NCBI GenBank assembly: GCA_964291215.2 | Contig: OZ219791.1 | Location: 320,001 to 384,000 of the forward strand | Origin: Alphaproteobacteria bacterium | Lineage (GTDB): Bacteria > Pseudomonadota > Alphaproteobacteria > MPNO01 > UBA830 | Length of the DNA stretch: 64,000 nt | Direction of reading: 5' to 3' | Part shown: piece after piece, positions 9,438-18,467 of the stretch | Numbering within the stretch: the stretch's first letter is position 1 | Layout of the letters: the number at the start of each line of letters is the position of its first letter | The notes under the pieces: model-generated | Databases searched by the model: none | Seen by the model: only the letters and a program-made list of their open reading frames with translations | Told to the model about the DNA's origin: nothing | Program-made: the position numbers and the translations under genes

Positions 9438-10671
9438 GGGTACTGTAACTTGATGTCTGGAAATTTGTCTGAGGTTTGCGCTTTGAGGCGTTTCACTGGG
9501 GGGGGGGGGGCTAGCCCCCCCCCCCCCCCCAGTGAAACGCGGCGCCATCGTGCTATCCCATGGAGTTGGAAAAATTCATGGAGGAAGCGAATGGACCTGC
9601 GACACACTACGACGATCGGGACTGTTTTGGAACATCTGATCGCAAACGGAGCAACGGATCTGGGGCGGGTCGCCAGCTCTTCGAGCTTGCGATGCAAATC
9701 GAGCGCGAGCAGTACTTGAAAGCGGGCCACCGGACACCGGAGCGACAGGGCCAACGGCTACAAGCGGATCGACACCCCCACTGTTACCGTTCAGGTGCCA
9801 AACGGTCACGGGGACGATCCGTCCCCAGTCGCTTGAACGCGGCCAGCGATCTTCTCGCGCCGTAGCCGAGATGTACATCAAGGGTGTTTCCACTCGGCAA
9901 GATGTAATGCGCGAGTTCGGGAGCCTGTCCTCTTCTCAGGTCAGCCGAGCCACCAAGTTGCTCGATGAAGAACTCGCCGCGCAACCGGCCCCTGATGAAA
10001 TACCTGGATGCGCGCTATGAAAAAGCCCGCCATGACGGCGTTGCGCGCGATGTTGCAGTGCTCTCGGCCATCGGAATAGGGGCTGCAGGCACGTTCTGGG
10101 GCTCTCTGTGGCGCTCTCCGAGGCCGAGGTCCATTGGAGAGCCTTCCTGGAAAGCTTGCAAACCCTGCATGGTACGACCTTCATCGTCTCGGATGCCGGG
10201 TTGAAAGCGGCACGACGCGCGGTGCAAGGCGCGGCGATGTGGCAGCGCTGCCAGTTCCACCTGGCGCAAAACGCCGTGCACCGAACAACGGCATCAGGAA
10301 ACGTATCGGAAAACAGCTCGGAGCCACGCCTCCTCACTCCAAACCGCCGAGGCTGAACCGGGCACCCTCGTGGCCAGCGACAAGCATCCAGGCTTCCTGG
10401 CTGGAAAACAATGCGGGGCTCGCTGTCTTCACCTTGCCCGATGCTCACCACAAGCGTATGCGAACCTCGAACGGCATCGAGCGACCGATCCGGCAAGAGC
10501 TCAAGCGGCGCACCTCCAAAGTCAGGGTCTTTCCGAACCTCGCCTCGTTGGAGCGCCTCTCAACCGCGGTCCTCATCGACGAAAAATGGGAAACCGAAAC
10601 CAAGATCAAATGGGAACAGCTCGATGACTGAGAGCTTCACGACAATTTCCAGACATCAGGTTGCGTAATCC
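9438..10671 (+). mobile_element. IS256-family element, degenerate, inserted in the IS630 leader
   Basis: Inverted repeats ..GTAACTTGATGTCTGGAAATT and (reverse) ..GCAACCTGATGTCTGGAAATT; flanks gggtccgg and aggtccgg (possible TSD). Fragments YLDARYEK, SEAEVHWRAFL, WQRCQFHLAQNA, RTSNGIER..ELKRRT.KVRVFPN. Confidence 0.88.
9488..9540. repeat. Long hairpin GCGTTTCACT-G13-CTAG-C16-AGTGAAACGC
   Basis: Perfect 10-bp outer arms plus complementary G and C homopolymers, read directly from the sequence. Confidence 0.9.
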
Positions 10672-11089
10672 AGGTCCGGACAACGGGCATGCCCGCAGGT
10701 CTTCGGCGCAATGACAGGAGCGGCGCATATGGCCAACTCTCGGGGCAGGAAGCTCTACCGCGTGACCCTTTCGGCGCAGGAGCGCCGGGATCTGAAGGCG
10801 ATCGGGCACCGGGGCCGCCTGGCGCCGGGCACAGGTCCTGATGCTGAGGGGCGCTTGTCGATGCCGACATTGCGCTGGGCACGGCGACGGTCGAGCGCTT
10901 GCGCAAGCGCTGCGGGGGCTGGAGGCCGCCCTCAGCCGCAAGGAGCAGGTGAACCGCCGGCCGAAACGGGGCGATGGAGGCGAAGCTGGTCGCCCTGCTC
11001 GTCCCCGCCCGAGGGCTGTGGACGCTGCTCGCCGGCCGTCTGGTGAAGATCGTCGAGCGCATTTCGGAAGAGACGGTCAGGAAGACGCT

Positions 11090-11098
11090 AAAAAAAAG
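11090..11098 (+). promoter_or_regulatory. A8G slippery site, probable -1 programmed frameshift of the IS630 transposase
   Basis: KTLKK is followed by a frame change to EIKPW, the usual orfA/orfB junction in IS630. Confidence 0.55.
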
Positions 11099-11133
11099 AG
11101 ATCAAGCCGTGGCTGAAGCAGTACTGGTGCATT

Positions 11134-12805
11134 ATCGCGGTAGGGAACCGGGTTTCCCCGGTCCCCCCGCACAGATCCGGACTTGCGCTGTTCGCATCCG
11201 GCTCCTCCCCTGACGACAAGGCGCTGGTTTGGCCACGGATGCTAGCCTTAGGCCAGTGAGCTTCGACGAGGGTGTCCATGTCCCTCCATTCGGTGCGATC
11301 CTTTTGGGAACGCCGCCGAAGGGCACGCAGCCGTTTGCATTGGTATATGAACCCCTGCAGGGACTCACTGCTTCCCGGAACGGCGTAGTAGCAGCCTTTG
11401 ATCACTCGCCACTTGGCCGTCTTGTGCCGATTGTCGTGCCACCGCTTGCGCAGCGCCTCCTTGATCCGCCGCAGGGTGCCCGTTTCTGGGCTGGTTTGCG
11501 GCCGACCCTGAACTTGCCCTTCCACGTCTGCTCGCAATAGTGCGTCATACCGAGGAAGTCGAACGTCTTGCCCCCGCTTCCGGCGGTTCGCTCTCGCAAA
11601 CCGACCGAACTCGATGATTGTCCGGGTGCAGTTCAAGTGAGCCAACCTCTCCCCGAGGTCCCAGCGCTTCGCATCGCCCTGATCCTGAAAGCCGCACACA
11701 AAATCATCCGCATAACGCACGATGATCGTGTCAGTCATCCGTTTGCGCCAATGGTTCTGGAACCAGTCACGTAGTGCAGGTAAACGTTCGCCAGGCAGGG
11801 GCTGCGCCCTGCGGCGAACCAGCACCGGTGTCGCTCCATGACGCCAGCGTCACTTGATGATCAGACCCCCCGATCCGTCTCTCGAGCATCGCGACCAGAT
11901 GGTCGCAATTGTCGAAGGGGCGTCAACGATCCAGTTGACCTTCCGCCGTTCCACCGTGACTGCATCGAGCGCGTTGTGCGTCCCGGCCGGAAACCATAAC
12001 TGAACCCGAGGAACTCCGTCTCGCGGTACCAGAATCGTGTCCGTCACTGCCCGCTGAAGAATCTTGTCCGAGGCAAGCGGTCGTTGCCCTCCATCCTCTT
12101 TGGGTATGTATACCCGACGGAGGCGCCCGCCCCTGTGCACACGGCAGGTCGACCAGTTCCACACCTTCCGCATACGCGTGCCACGTAACTCCGTCCACGC
12201 CCGCTGCCGCGTCCTTTCTCAAGGAGTGAAACGCCGCGTGCAGGACATCACGTGGTGGAGCAACGTCACAAGACGCTCTTCCGGATTCCTCTTCGCAACT
12301 TGTCGTATGCGTTCGGCCGCCTGTGACCCACTTTCCCGCTTCTGCGCGCGGCGCGGGCTTTGGCCAACCGCATTTCCCTTCCCTCCAGCAGCTCCGCAGG
12401 CTCCGAGGAGCCCTTGTTCGCCGCCTTCAACGGTACTATGGCCGAATCTGACTTCTCGTTCATCATCGGGTTACGGAATAGTTCCTTTCCTCTGCGACCC
12501 CTCTACGACAGTGGGGTAATTGGAAGACCTCCCAGGTCCCGGTAGACTGCTTCAGCGCGTGCCATGGTTCTCAGACCCCGCGGAGCCCCTGCTCGCCTCA
12601 CCAAACGCGGCCCGCAGGGTGTTGCCTTCGGCCTGGTGGACGATCTCAGCACTCCGGTTTCGCAGTATCTCGTGGCTCAATAGCCCGGCTTGCCGCTCCC
12701 CAACGCTTCGCCTCACGACGCATGGTTCACGGAGGAAGTGGTGGTTAGCCTCTCTTCCTGCCGGGACTCTCACCCGGCGACATCCTACCAGTTAGCCTGG
12801 CGCTC
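11134..12805 (-). mobile_element. Group II intron (RT without an obvious endonuclease domain), degenerate, antisense to IS630
   Basis: Domain V GAGCCGGATGCGAACAGCGCAAGTCCGGATC; domain VI and 3' end CCCTACCGCGAT; 5' end GAGCG. RT fragments AAAGVDGVTW, RRVYIPKEDGGQRPL, VRYADDFV, FDFLGMTH, LRRRSQK. Removing the intron restores IS630 WCI|PP. Confidence 0.9.
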
Positions 12806-13535
12806 CCACCGCACCGGAGCGCACAGTTCGTGGCGACGGACATGCTTGACATTTGTCAGCGGGACTTTACCGGGGACGAGGTGCTGAGACCAGCCGGCAG
12901 CAGGAAACCCGCATCCCCCGGTCAGCCGAAGGTGGTCGACCATGAATATGAACGAAACGGCCAACCTCTTCATGGCCTTTGCGCCCAACAAGAACTGGCG
13001 CACGGTGAAAGTCACTGACCGCCGCGGGACCGGGCGCACTTCATCCGGGAGCTTGCCGACGACCATTTCCCCGACAGGAAGATCGTGCTGGACAATCTGA
13101 ACACGCACAGTCGCTGTATGAAGCCTTCGAGCCCGGGGAGGCGGGTGCGAAAGCGGTTCGAGTTTCGCTACACGCCGAAGCACGGGAGCTGGCTCAACAT
13201 GGCCGAGATCGGTGCGCTGTCGCGGCAATGCCTTCGGCGACGCATTCCCGACAGAGACACCATGCGGCGGGAGACGGCGGCGTAGGTGGAACGGCGCAAT
13301 GCGGCCGATGTCACCGTCGACTGGCGTTTCACGACGAAGGATGCCCGGACAAAACTAAAGTCTCTATATCCATCAATACATTAATGCCGAACTACTAGGT
13401 GACGGTAACCTTTGGACATGAACAAGCTCCCTTCATCTTGTACAGAAACTCTCGCCGCTACCGCTCCGCAACATCATGCGTCTAAAAACACATGGTCACA
13501 GCCCATCATGTGTTGCACTTCACTATGGAACGGGG

Positions 13536-13553
13536 AAACAGAATTTAGCGTGA
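13536..13553. repeat. 18-bp exact repeat AAACAGAATTTAGCGTGA (second copy at 24596-24613)
   Basis: Direct string match between two IS-rich regions. Confidence 0.8.
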
Positions 13554-13776
13554 GGCTCTCCTGAATGCCGGAGCGGACCCCTTGAGTTCGCCGCCGCGAA
13601 CCTTGTAATCTGACCGCCGATTCTGGGAGCGCGCACCAGCGCTGTTTGAGGCCTCCGGAAATGGGTTTTCTTCTGCTACCAGCCGCCTTCGGCAAGACGG
13701 GCGCGCATCGCGTCGGAACGCCGCCGCGATATGCGGCGGACCGGGGCCGGACGGTTTACCGACCAGTGACAGACGG

Positions 13777-14505
13777 ATGAGCGGCGCATCGGACACCGTC
13801 GTCGTCCACAGCTCGGACCTTCATGTCGACGACGGCCATACCGCGCGGAAATGGTCGGGCGACGGAACCGGGCCGCTGGCCGCAATACTGCAGACCGCCC
13901 GGGTCCTCGATGCCGACATCGTGCTCTTGACCGGGGACGTGTTCGATCACAACCGGTTGCCGCAGGCCCTTCTCGACAGGGCCGGCGACATTCTCCGCCG
14001 CGCCCCCTGCCCGGTCGTCATGCTTCCCGGCAACCACGATCCGCTGATGGACGGCTCGGTCTGGCACCGGGGAGAACTTGCGCGCGTCGAAGGGGTCCAC
14101 GTGCTCGGCGTCGCGGGCGACAGGGCTGCGTTTCCGGATCTCGCGCTGGAGATATGGGGGCGGGCGCACAGGGACTATTCCGACATGGCGCCGCTTGCCG
14201 ATCCCGGACCGCGGTCGACGCGCTGGCATGTCGTTGCCGGGCACGGGCATTTCGTCGAGGATCGGCCGCCGGAAGGCGTGTTCGCCCCCTCCTGGCTGAT
14301 TTCCGGCGCCGAGATTGAGGCCGCGGCTGCCGATTACGTCGCGCTCGGCCACTGGAACCGCGCCCAGCCCGTGGGCACCGGCAGGTTCCCGGCATGGTAT
14401 TCGGGGTCGCCCGACCTCTCGCGGACGGTCAATCTGGTGCGGTTGACGGCCGCCGGTCAGGTCGAGGTATCGCGCGAACCGGTTCTCGGAGCCCCGCCGG
14501 GCTGA
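13777..14505 (+). CDS. Metallophosphoesterase (SbcD/Mre11-like nuclease domain)
   Basis: HSSDLH, GDVFD, GNHD, GHG, YVALGHW, YSGSP motifs. Confidence 0.85.
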   Translation: MSGASDTVVVHSSDLHVDDGHTARKWSGDGTGPLAAILQTARVLDADIVLLTGDVFDHNRLPQALLDRAGDILRRAPCPVVMLPGNHDPLMDGSVWHRGELARVEGVHVLGVAGDRAAFPDLALEIWGRAHRDYSDMAPLADPGPRSTRWHVVAGHGHFVEDRPPEGVFAPSWLISGAEIEAAAADYVALGHWNRAQPVGTGRFPAWYSGSPDLSRTVNLVRLTAAGQVEVSREPVLGAPPG

Positions 14506-14542
14506 CGGCTTTCGTTCACGCGCGGCCGGGGCGAACGGACCG

Positions 14543-15619
14543 TCAGGCCGCTTCGCGCTCCCTCGCCACGGCGTCCCCGATCATGCGGCGCAGCGTCAGT
14601 CCCGGACCGTCGACATTGATGTCGAGCCAGTCCCGCGGCTTGTGGACGTGGCATTCCATGTTCGCCTGCTGTGCGGCGAGGATGTCGATGTCCTCCTGGA
14701 AGGCGCCCCGCAACTCGAGGCGGAACATCTCGTCGACTTCCAGATCGTCAAGCGCGAAATTCCGGGAATGGGCGTAGAAATACCAGCTTGTCCGGTCCGT
14801 CTCCGGTGTGATGGCGTTCAGGTTAAAGAACTCGAAACCGCTACCGTCCCGTCCTCCGGGTCCGCGGCTGATGCCTTCGGGATGATCGCCCGGTTTTGCC
14901 CCGCAGCCCGCGGGCAGGCAGCCGACCCACACCGTGTTCAGGCTCGGAACCTGGGCCTCGGCGTACTGCCAGCGGTCGATGTTCCGGTCGAACCCGCCAA
15001 ATCTCGCATAGAGCGGCGCCGGCGGAGAGTCCATGATCCAGCGGATCATGCGCACCGTCCTGTCGCCGCGGCTGGTCACGATGGGAAAATCCGGGACGGC
15101 GCCGGTGCCGATATTGCGGATGTGGACGTAGGCGAGATGGCTGAGGTCGAGGAGATTGTCGTTGAACAGCTCGTAATGGCAGTCTACGTGAAAGGGCGGG
15201 TCGCCCTTGACCACGCGCCATGCGGGGTCGTCCATCACCCGCCAGTCGGGGAGAAGCGCCTCATCGGCGTCTTCCGGCGTTCCCGCCCACAGCCAGACGA
15301 TCTGGTATTTCTCGAGGACCGGCCAGGCGCGCACCGCGGCGCCGGGCGGTATCCTGGTCTGGCCGGGGACGCGGATGCAGTTGCCCGAGTTGTCGAAGGT
15401 CAGTCCGTGATACCCGCATTCGATGGCATCGCCATCGACACGACCTTTCGAGAGCGGCAGGCCGCGGTGGCAGCAGCGATCCTCGAGGGCGACGGCCCGC
15501 CCGGCGCGGTTGCGATAGAGCACGACGGGCTCGCCGAGCAGGGTTCGCGCCAAGGGCGTTCCGCCGACCTCGTGGTTCCAGGCCGCTGCATACCAAGCAT
15601 TGCGCAGGACGCTATCCAT
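14543..15619 (-). CDS. Rieske non-heme iron oxygenase alpha subunit (VanA-like)
   Basis: LRNAWY, CCHR...CGYHG, DNLLDLSHLAYVH, FQEDIDIL motifs. Confidence 0.92.
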   Translation of the reverse strand: MDSVLRNAWYAAAWNHEVGGTPLARTLLGEPVVLYRNRAGRAVALEDRCCHRGLPLSKGRVDGDAIECGYHGLTFDNSGNCIRVPGQTRIPPGAAVRAWPVLEKYQIVWLWAGTPEDADEALLPDWRVMDDPAWRVVKGDPPFHVDCHYELFNDNLLDLSHLAYVHIRNIGTGAVPDFPIVTSRGDRTVRMIRWIMDSPPAPLYARFGGFDRNIDRWQYAEAQVPSLNTVWVGCLPAGCGAKPGDHPEGISRGPGGRDGSGFEFFNLNAITPETDRTSWYFYAHSRNFALDDLEVDEMFRLELRGAFQEDIDILAAQQANMECHVHKPRDWLDINVDGPGLTLRRMIGDAVAREREAA

Positions 15620-15660
15620 GAGTCTCGTACTCCAGAGCATCGGTTCGGCAGATTACCCGG

Positions 15661-15689
15661 CTGACCGGGACGTCCGCAATCCCTATAAT
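15661..15689 (+). promoter_or_regulatory. Putative sigma70 promoter CTGACC-N17-TATAAT
   Basis: Perfect -10 box and 17-bp spacer, upstream of a GGAGGA RBS and the ATG at 15720. Confidence 0.5.
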
Positions 15690-15719
15690 GAATTCGGCAG
15701 CGACGGAGGAGCAACAGCG

Positions 15720-15968
15720 ATGCCGAGGTTTCATTCGCCGGATCTGGGTGCCAACCCGGAAAGTCCGTTTGCGCGGGACCAGTCGGATCGGCTTGTCCGC
15801 CGCGATTTCTGGCTCGGGATGAGCGACCGCTCTCTGGTCCTCGCGATGACCCAGGGTGTTGGCGCCGGACTGTCAGCCGACGAGAAACGCGCGCATCTTG
15901 AGGACATCGGGCGCGCCCATCTCGTTGCGGAGGTCTGCGTCCAAGAAGTGATTCCGCCGCAGCGCTGA
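15720..15968 (+). CDS. Small hypothetical protein (82 aa)
   Basis: RBS GGAGGA and a promoter candidate; fills the gap between flanking genes; begins MPRFHSPDLGANPESPFARD. Confidence 0.7.
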   Translation: MPRFHSPDLGANPESPFARDQSDRLVRRDFWLGMSDRSLVLAMTQGVGAGLSADEKRAHLEDIGRAHLVAEVCVQEVIPPQR

Positions 15969-16023
15969 ACCCGGCGGCAGCCCGGACGGGCGCCGCGGGT
16001 CTCTTCCGCCTCCAGAGCCGCAC

Positions 16024-18369
16024 TCAGCGCGCCGCCGATGCGCCTATCATCTTCCAGACCCTCTGCGGCGTGACGGGCATGTCGACATGCCGGACGCCGT
16101 AGGGGCGCAGCGCATCCACGAAGGCGCTCACCAGGACGGCGAGGGCAGGCGTCGTTCCGCCTTCGCCGCCGGCCTTGACGCCGAGCGGATTCGTCGGTGA
16201 CGGGACCTCGTGGATGGCCGTTGCAAAGAGCGGATACTCGTCGGCCCGCGGCATGTGGTAGTCCATGAACGAGCCTGCGAGTGGCTGGCCGGTCTCCGTG
16301 TCGATCGCACAGATCTCGCCCAGGGCCTCGCCCGCCCCCTGGACGATTCCGCCATGGGTCTGCCCGTCGACAATGAGCGGGTTGATCGCCCGCCCGACAT
16401 CGTCGACGGCCGTGTAGCGGACAATTTCGTAGGCGCCGGTCTCGGGATCGATCTCGATTTCGCAGACATGGCAACCGTTCGGAAACACCGGGGTTTCCAT
16501 TACGTTGTCGACGGTGACCGAGAGGCCGTCGGCGAATTCGTTCGGCACCCCGGAGCGGTTGGGGATATCGCGCGCGATGTCGAACAGCGTCACCGCCCGG
16601 TCGGTGCCGGCGATCCGGAAACTGCCGTCCGCGAACGCGATATCATCCTCGGCGGCCTCAAGCATCAGCGCGGCGAGTTTCCGTGCCCCGCGAATCAATG
16701 CTTCGGACGCCTTCACGATGACGGTGCCCGCCATGCGCATCGACCGCCCCGAATGCGAGCCGCCGCCGACCCTAACGATGTCGGTGTCGCCGACGATCAC
16801 CCTGATCCGTTCCACCGGCACGCACAGCCATTCGGCGGCGACTTGCGCGAAGCTGGTCTCATGTCCCTGTCCGCTCGGCTGCGTGCCGATGACGAGGTCG
16901 ATGTTGCCGTCATCCAGCACCCTGAGGCCGGCCTGCTCGCGCGGTGTTCCAATCGATGATTCGACATAGGCCGCGATGCCCCTGCCCAGAAGCCGGCCGC
17001 GGGCCTCCGCCGCGGCCCTGCGCGCAGCGAAGCCGTCCCAGTCGGCAAGATGCATCGCCATGTCCATGCCGGCAGGGTAGTCGCCGCTGTCATAGGTCAT
17101 TCCGACGGCGTTGGCATAGGGCATCTGTTCCGGCGTCACGAGGTTCCGGCGCCGCAGTTCGACCGCGTCGAGCCCGAGCTCGCGCGCGGCCGTTTCGACC
17201 AGCCTCTCGATCGCGAATGTTACTTCAGGACGGCCTGAACTGCGGTAGGCGTTGGTCGGCGGCGTGTTGGTGAAGACGGCGCGCGAGCGCAGCGACGCGG
17301 CCGGTATGTGGTAGGGCCCGGGGATGAGCCCCGATCCCTTGCTCAGCGGCGACAAAGAAACGGCGCGGGCGCCAACATTGCTCAGATTATCGGCGCGCAT
17401 GGCAAGAAAGCGGCCGTCGCGGTCGAGCGCGAGCGACATGGTCGTGGTCAGGTCGCGTCCCTGGTAGTCGCTGACGAAGGATTCGCTCCGGCGGCAGGTG
17501 AACTTGACCGGCCGCCCGAGCCTGCCGGATGCCCACGCCACCAACGGAAACTCGACATAGAGCCGGTTGCGGGTCCCGAAATTGCCGCCGACATCCTTGG
17601 AGACCACGCGGACCCTGTCCGGGTCGACTCCGAGCACCAGGGCGATTTCCCGCTTCTGGCGCACCGATCCGCCGGAGCCCGCGTAGACGGTGTAGCGCCC
17701 GTTTGCCGGATCGAACGAACCAAGCGCCGACCGGGGTTCGAGCGGAACGCCGGTCACCCTCGGGACATGGATATCCATCTCGACGACATGCGCCGCGGAG
17801 CGGAACGCGGCATCGGTGGCGTCGGTATCACCGAAAAACGTCTCGATGAAGACGTTGCCGGGAGCTTCGGGCCAGAGGTTGGGGGCGTCCGGGGCCGCCG
17901 CCTTCCGCGCATCGGTCACTGGCGGCAGCGGCCGGTACTCGATCAGCACCCGTTCGGCGGCGTCCTCGGCCTGTTCCAGCGTCTCCGCCACGACGATCGC
18001 GAGCGCTTCACCCACATATCTTGCCTTGTCGACGGGCAGTGGCATGTGTTCGCCAACGAACGGGGCCGCTCCGCCGGGGCCATGGAGCTTCATGTCGTGC
18101 CTGGTCGACGGAAGCGGGTTGTGCGGGATCGGCAACAGCCCGTCCGCCGCGCAATCGGCGCCGGTGAATACTCCGAGGACGCCGTCCGCCGTCGCCGCCC
18201 CGGACGTGTCGGCGGAGTTCAGTTCGGCGTGGGCGAACGGGGAGCGAACGACGACCATCCACGCCTGGTCCGGGAGGCTCCAGTCGTCGCTGAAACGGCC
18301 GTTGCCGGTCAGCAGGCGCGCATCTTCCCGGCGCCGGACCGGCTGTCCGATCTTGCGGTATTCCGTCAT
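16024..18369 (-). CDS. Xanthine dehydrogenase-family molybdopterin-binding large subunit (CoxL-like)
   Basis: IGQPVRRREDARLLTG, VGGNFG, AYRSSGRPE, GQGHETSFAQ, INPLIVDGQTHGG, GVKAGGEGG motifs. Confidence 0.92.
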   Translation of the reverse strand: MTEYRKIGQPVRRREDARLLTGNGRFSDDWSLPDQAWMVVVRSPFAHAELNSADTSGAATADGVLGVFTGADCAADGLLPIPHNPLPSTRHDMKLHGPGGAAPFVGEHMPLPVDKARYVGEALAIVVAETLEQAEDAAERVLIEYRPLPPVTDARKAAAPDAPNLWPEAPGNVFIETFFGDTDATDAAFRSAAHVVEMDIHVPRVTGVPLEPRSALGSFDPANGRYTVYAGSGGSVRQKREIALVLGVDPDRVRVVSKDVGGNFGTRNRLYVEFPLVAWASGRLGRPVKFTCRRSESFVSDYQGRDLTTTMSLALDRDGRFLAMRADNLSNVGARAVSLSPLSKGSGLIPGPYHIPAASLRSRAVFTNTPPTNAYRSSGRPEVTFAIERLVETAARELGLDAVELRRRNLVTPEQMPYANAVGMTYDSGDYPAGMDMAMHLADWDGFAARRAAAEARGRLLGRGIAAYVESSIGTPREQAGLRVLDDGNIDLVIGTQPSGQGHETSFAQVAAEWLCVPVERIRVIVGDTDIVRVGGGSHSGRSMRMAGTVIVKASEALIRGARKLAALMLEAAEDDIAFADGSFRIAGTDRAVTLFDIARDIPNRSGVPNEFADGLSVTVDNVMETPVFPNGCHVCEIEIDPETGAYEIVRYTAVDDVGRAINPLIVDGQTHGGIVQGAGEALGEICAIDTETGQPLAGSFMDYHMPRADEYPLFATAIHEVPSPTNPLGVKAGGEGGTTPALAVLVSAFVDALRPYGVRHVDMPVTPQRVWKMIGASAAR

Positions 18370-18467
18370 TCCGTCCCGTCAGCTGTGGCGCCGGAAGTCG
18401 GCCCGACCGCGTCGGCGCTGCCCTGAATCCGCGTTCGTGCGGGTGGTGGCGGCCGGTCCGCACTCCT

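Larger units (their letters stand above)
9295..13397 (+). mobile_element. IS630-family element, degenerate, hosting a nested IS256 and a group II intron
   Basis: TA at both ends (9295-96, 13396-97). Ends TAGCAATCC..TTGTATTGATGG and (reverse) TAGTAGTTCGG..ATGTATTGATGG. Transposase fragments IKPWLKQYWCI|PPHRSAQFV, DHEYERNG, LDNLNTH, YTPKHGSWLNMAEI. Confidence 0.85.

Noticed and set aside
12820-12824. Canonical GTGCG on the minus strand as the intron 5' end
   Set aside because: These bases belong to the resumed IS630 frame (PPHRSAQF); the junction that restores the transposase is at 12805.
16024-18369. Bona fide aerobic CO dehydrogenase
   Set aside because: Lacks the AYRCSFR motif and the coxMS and accessory genes.
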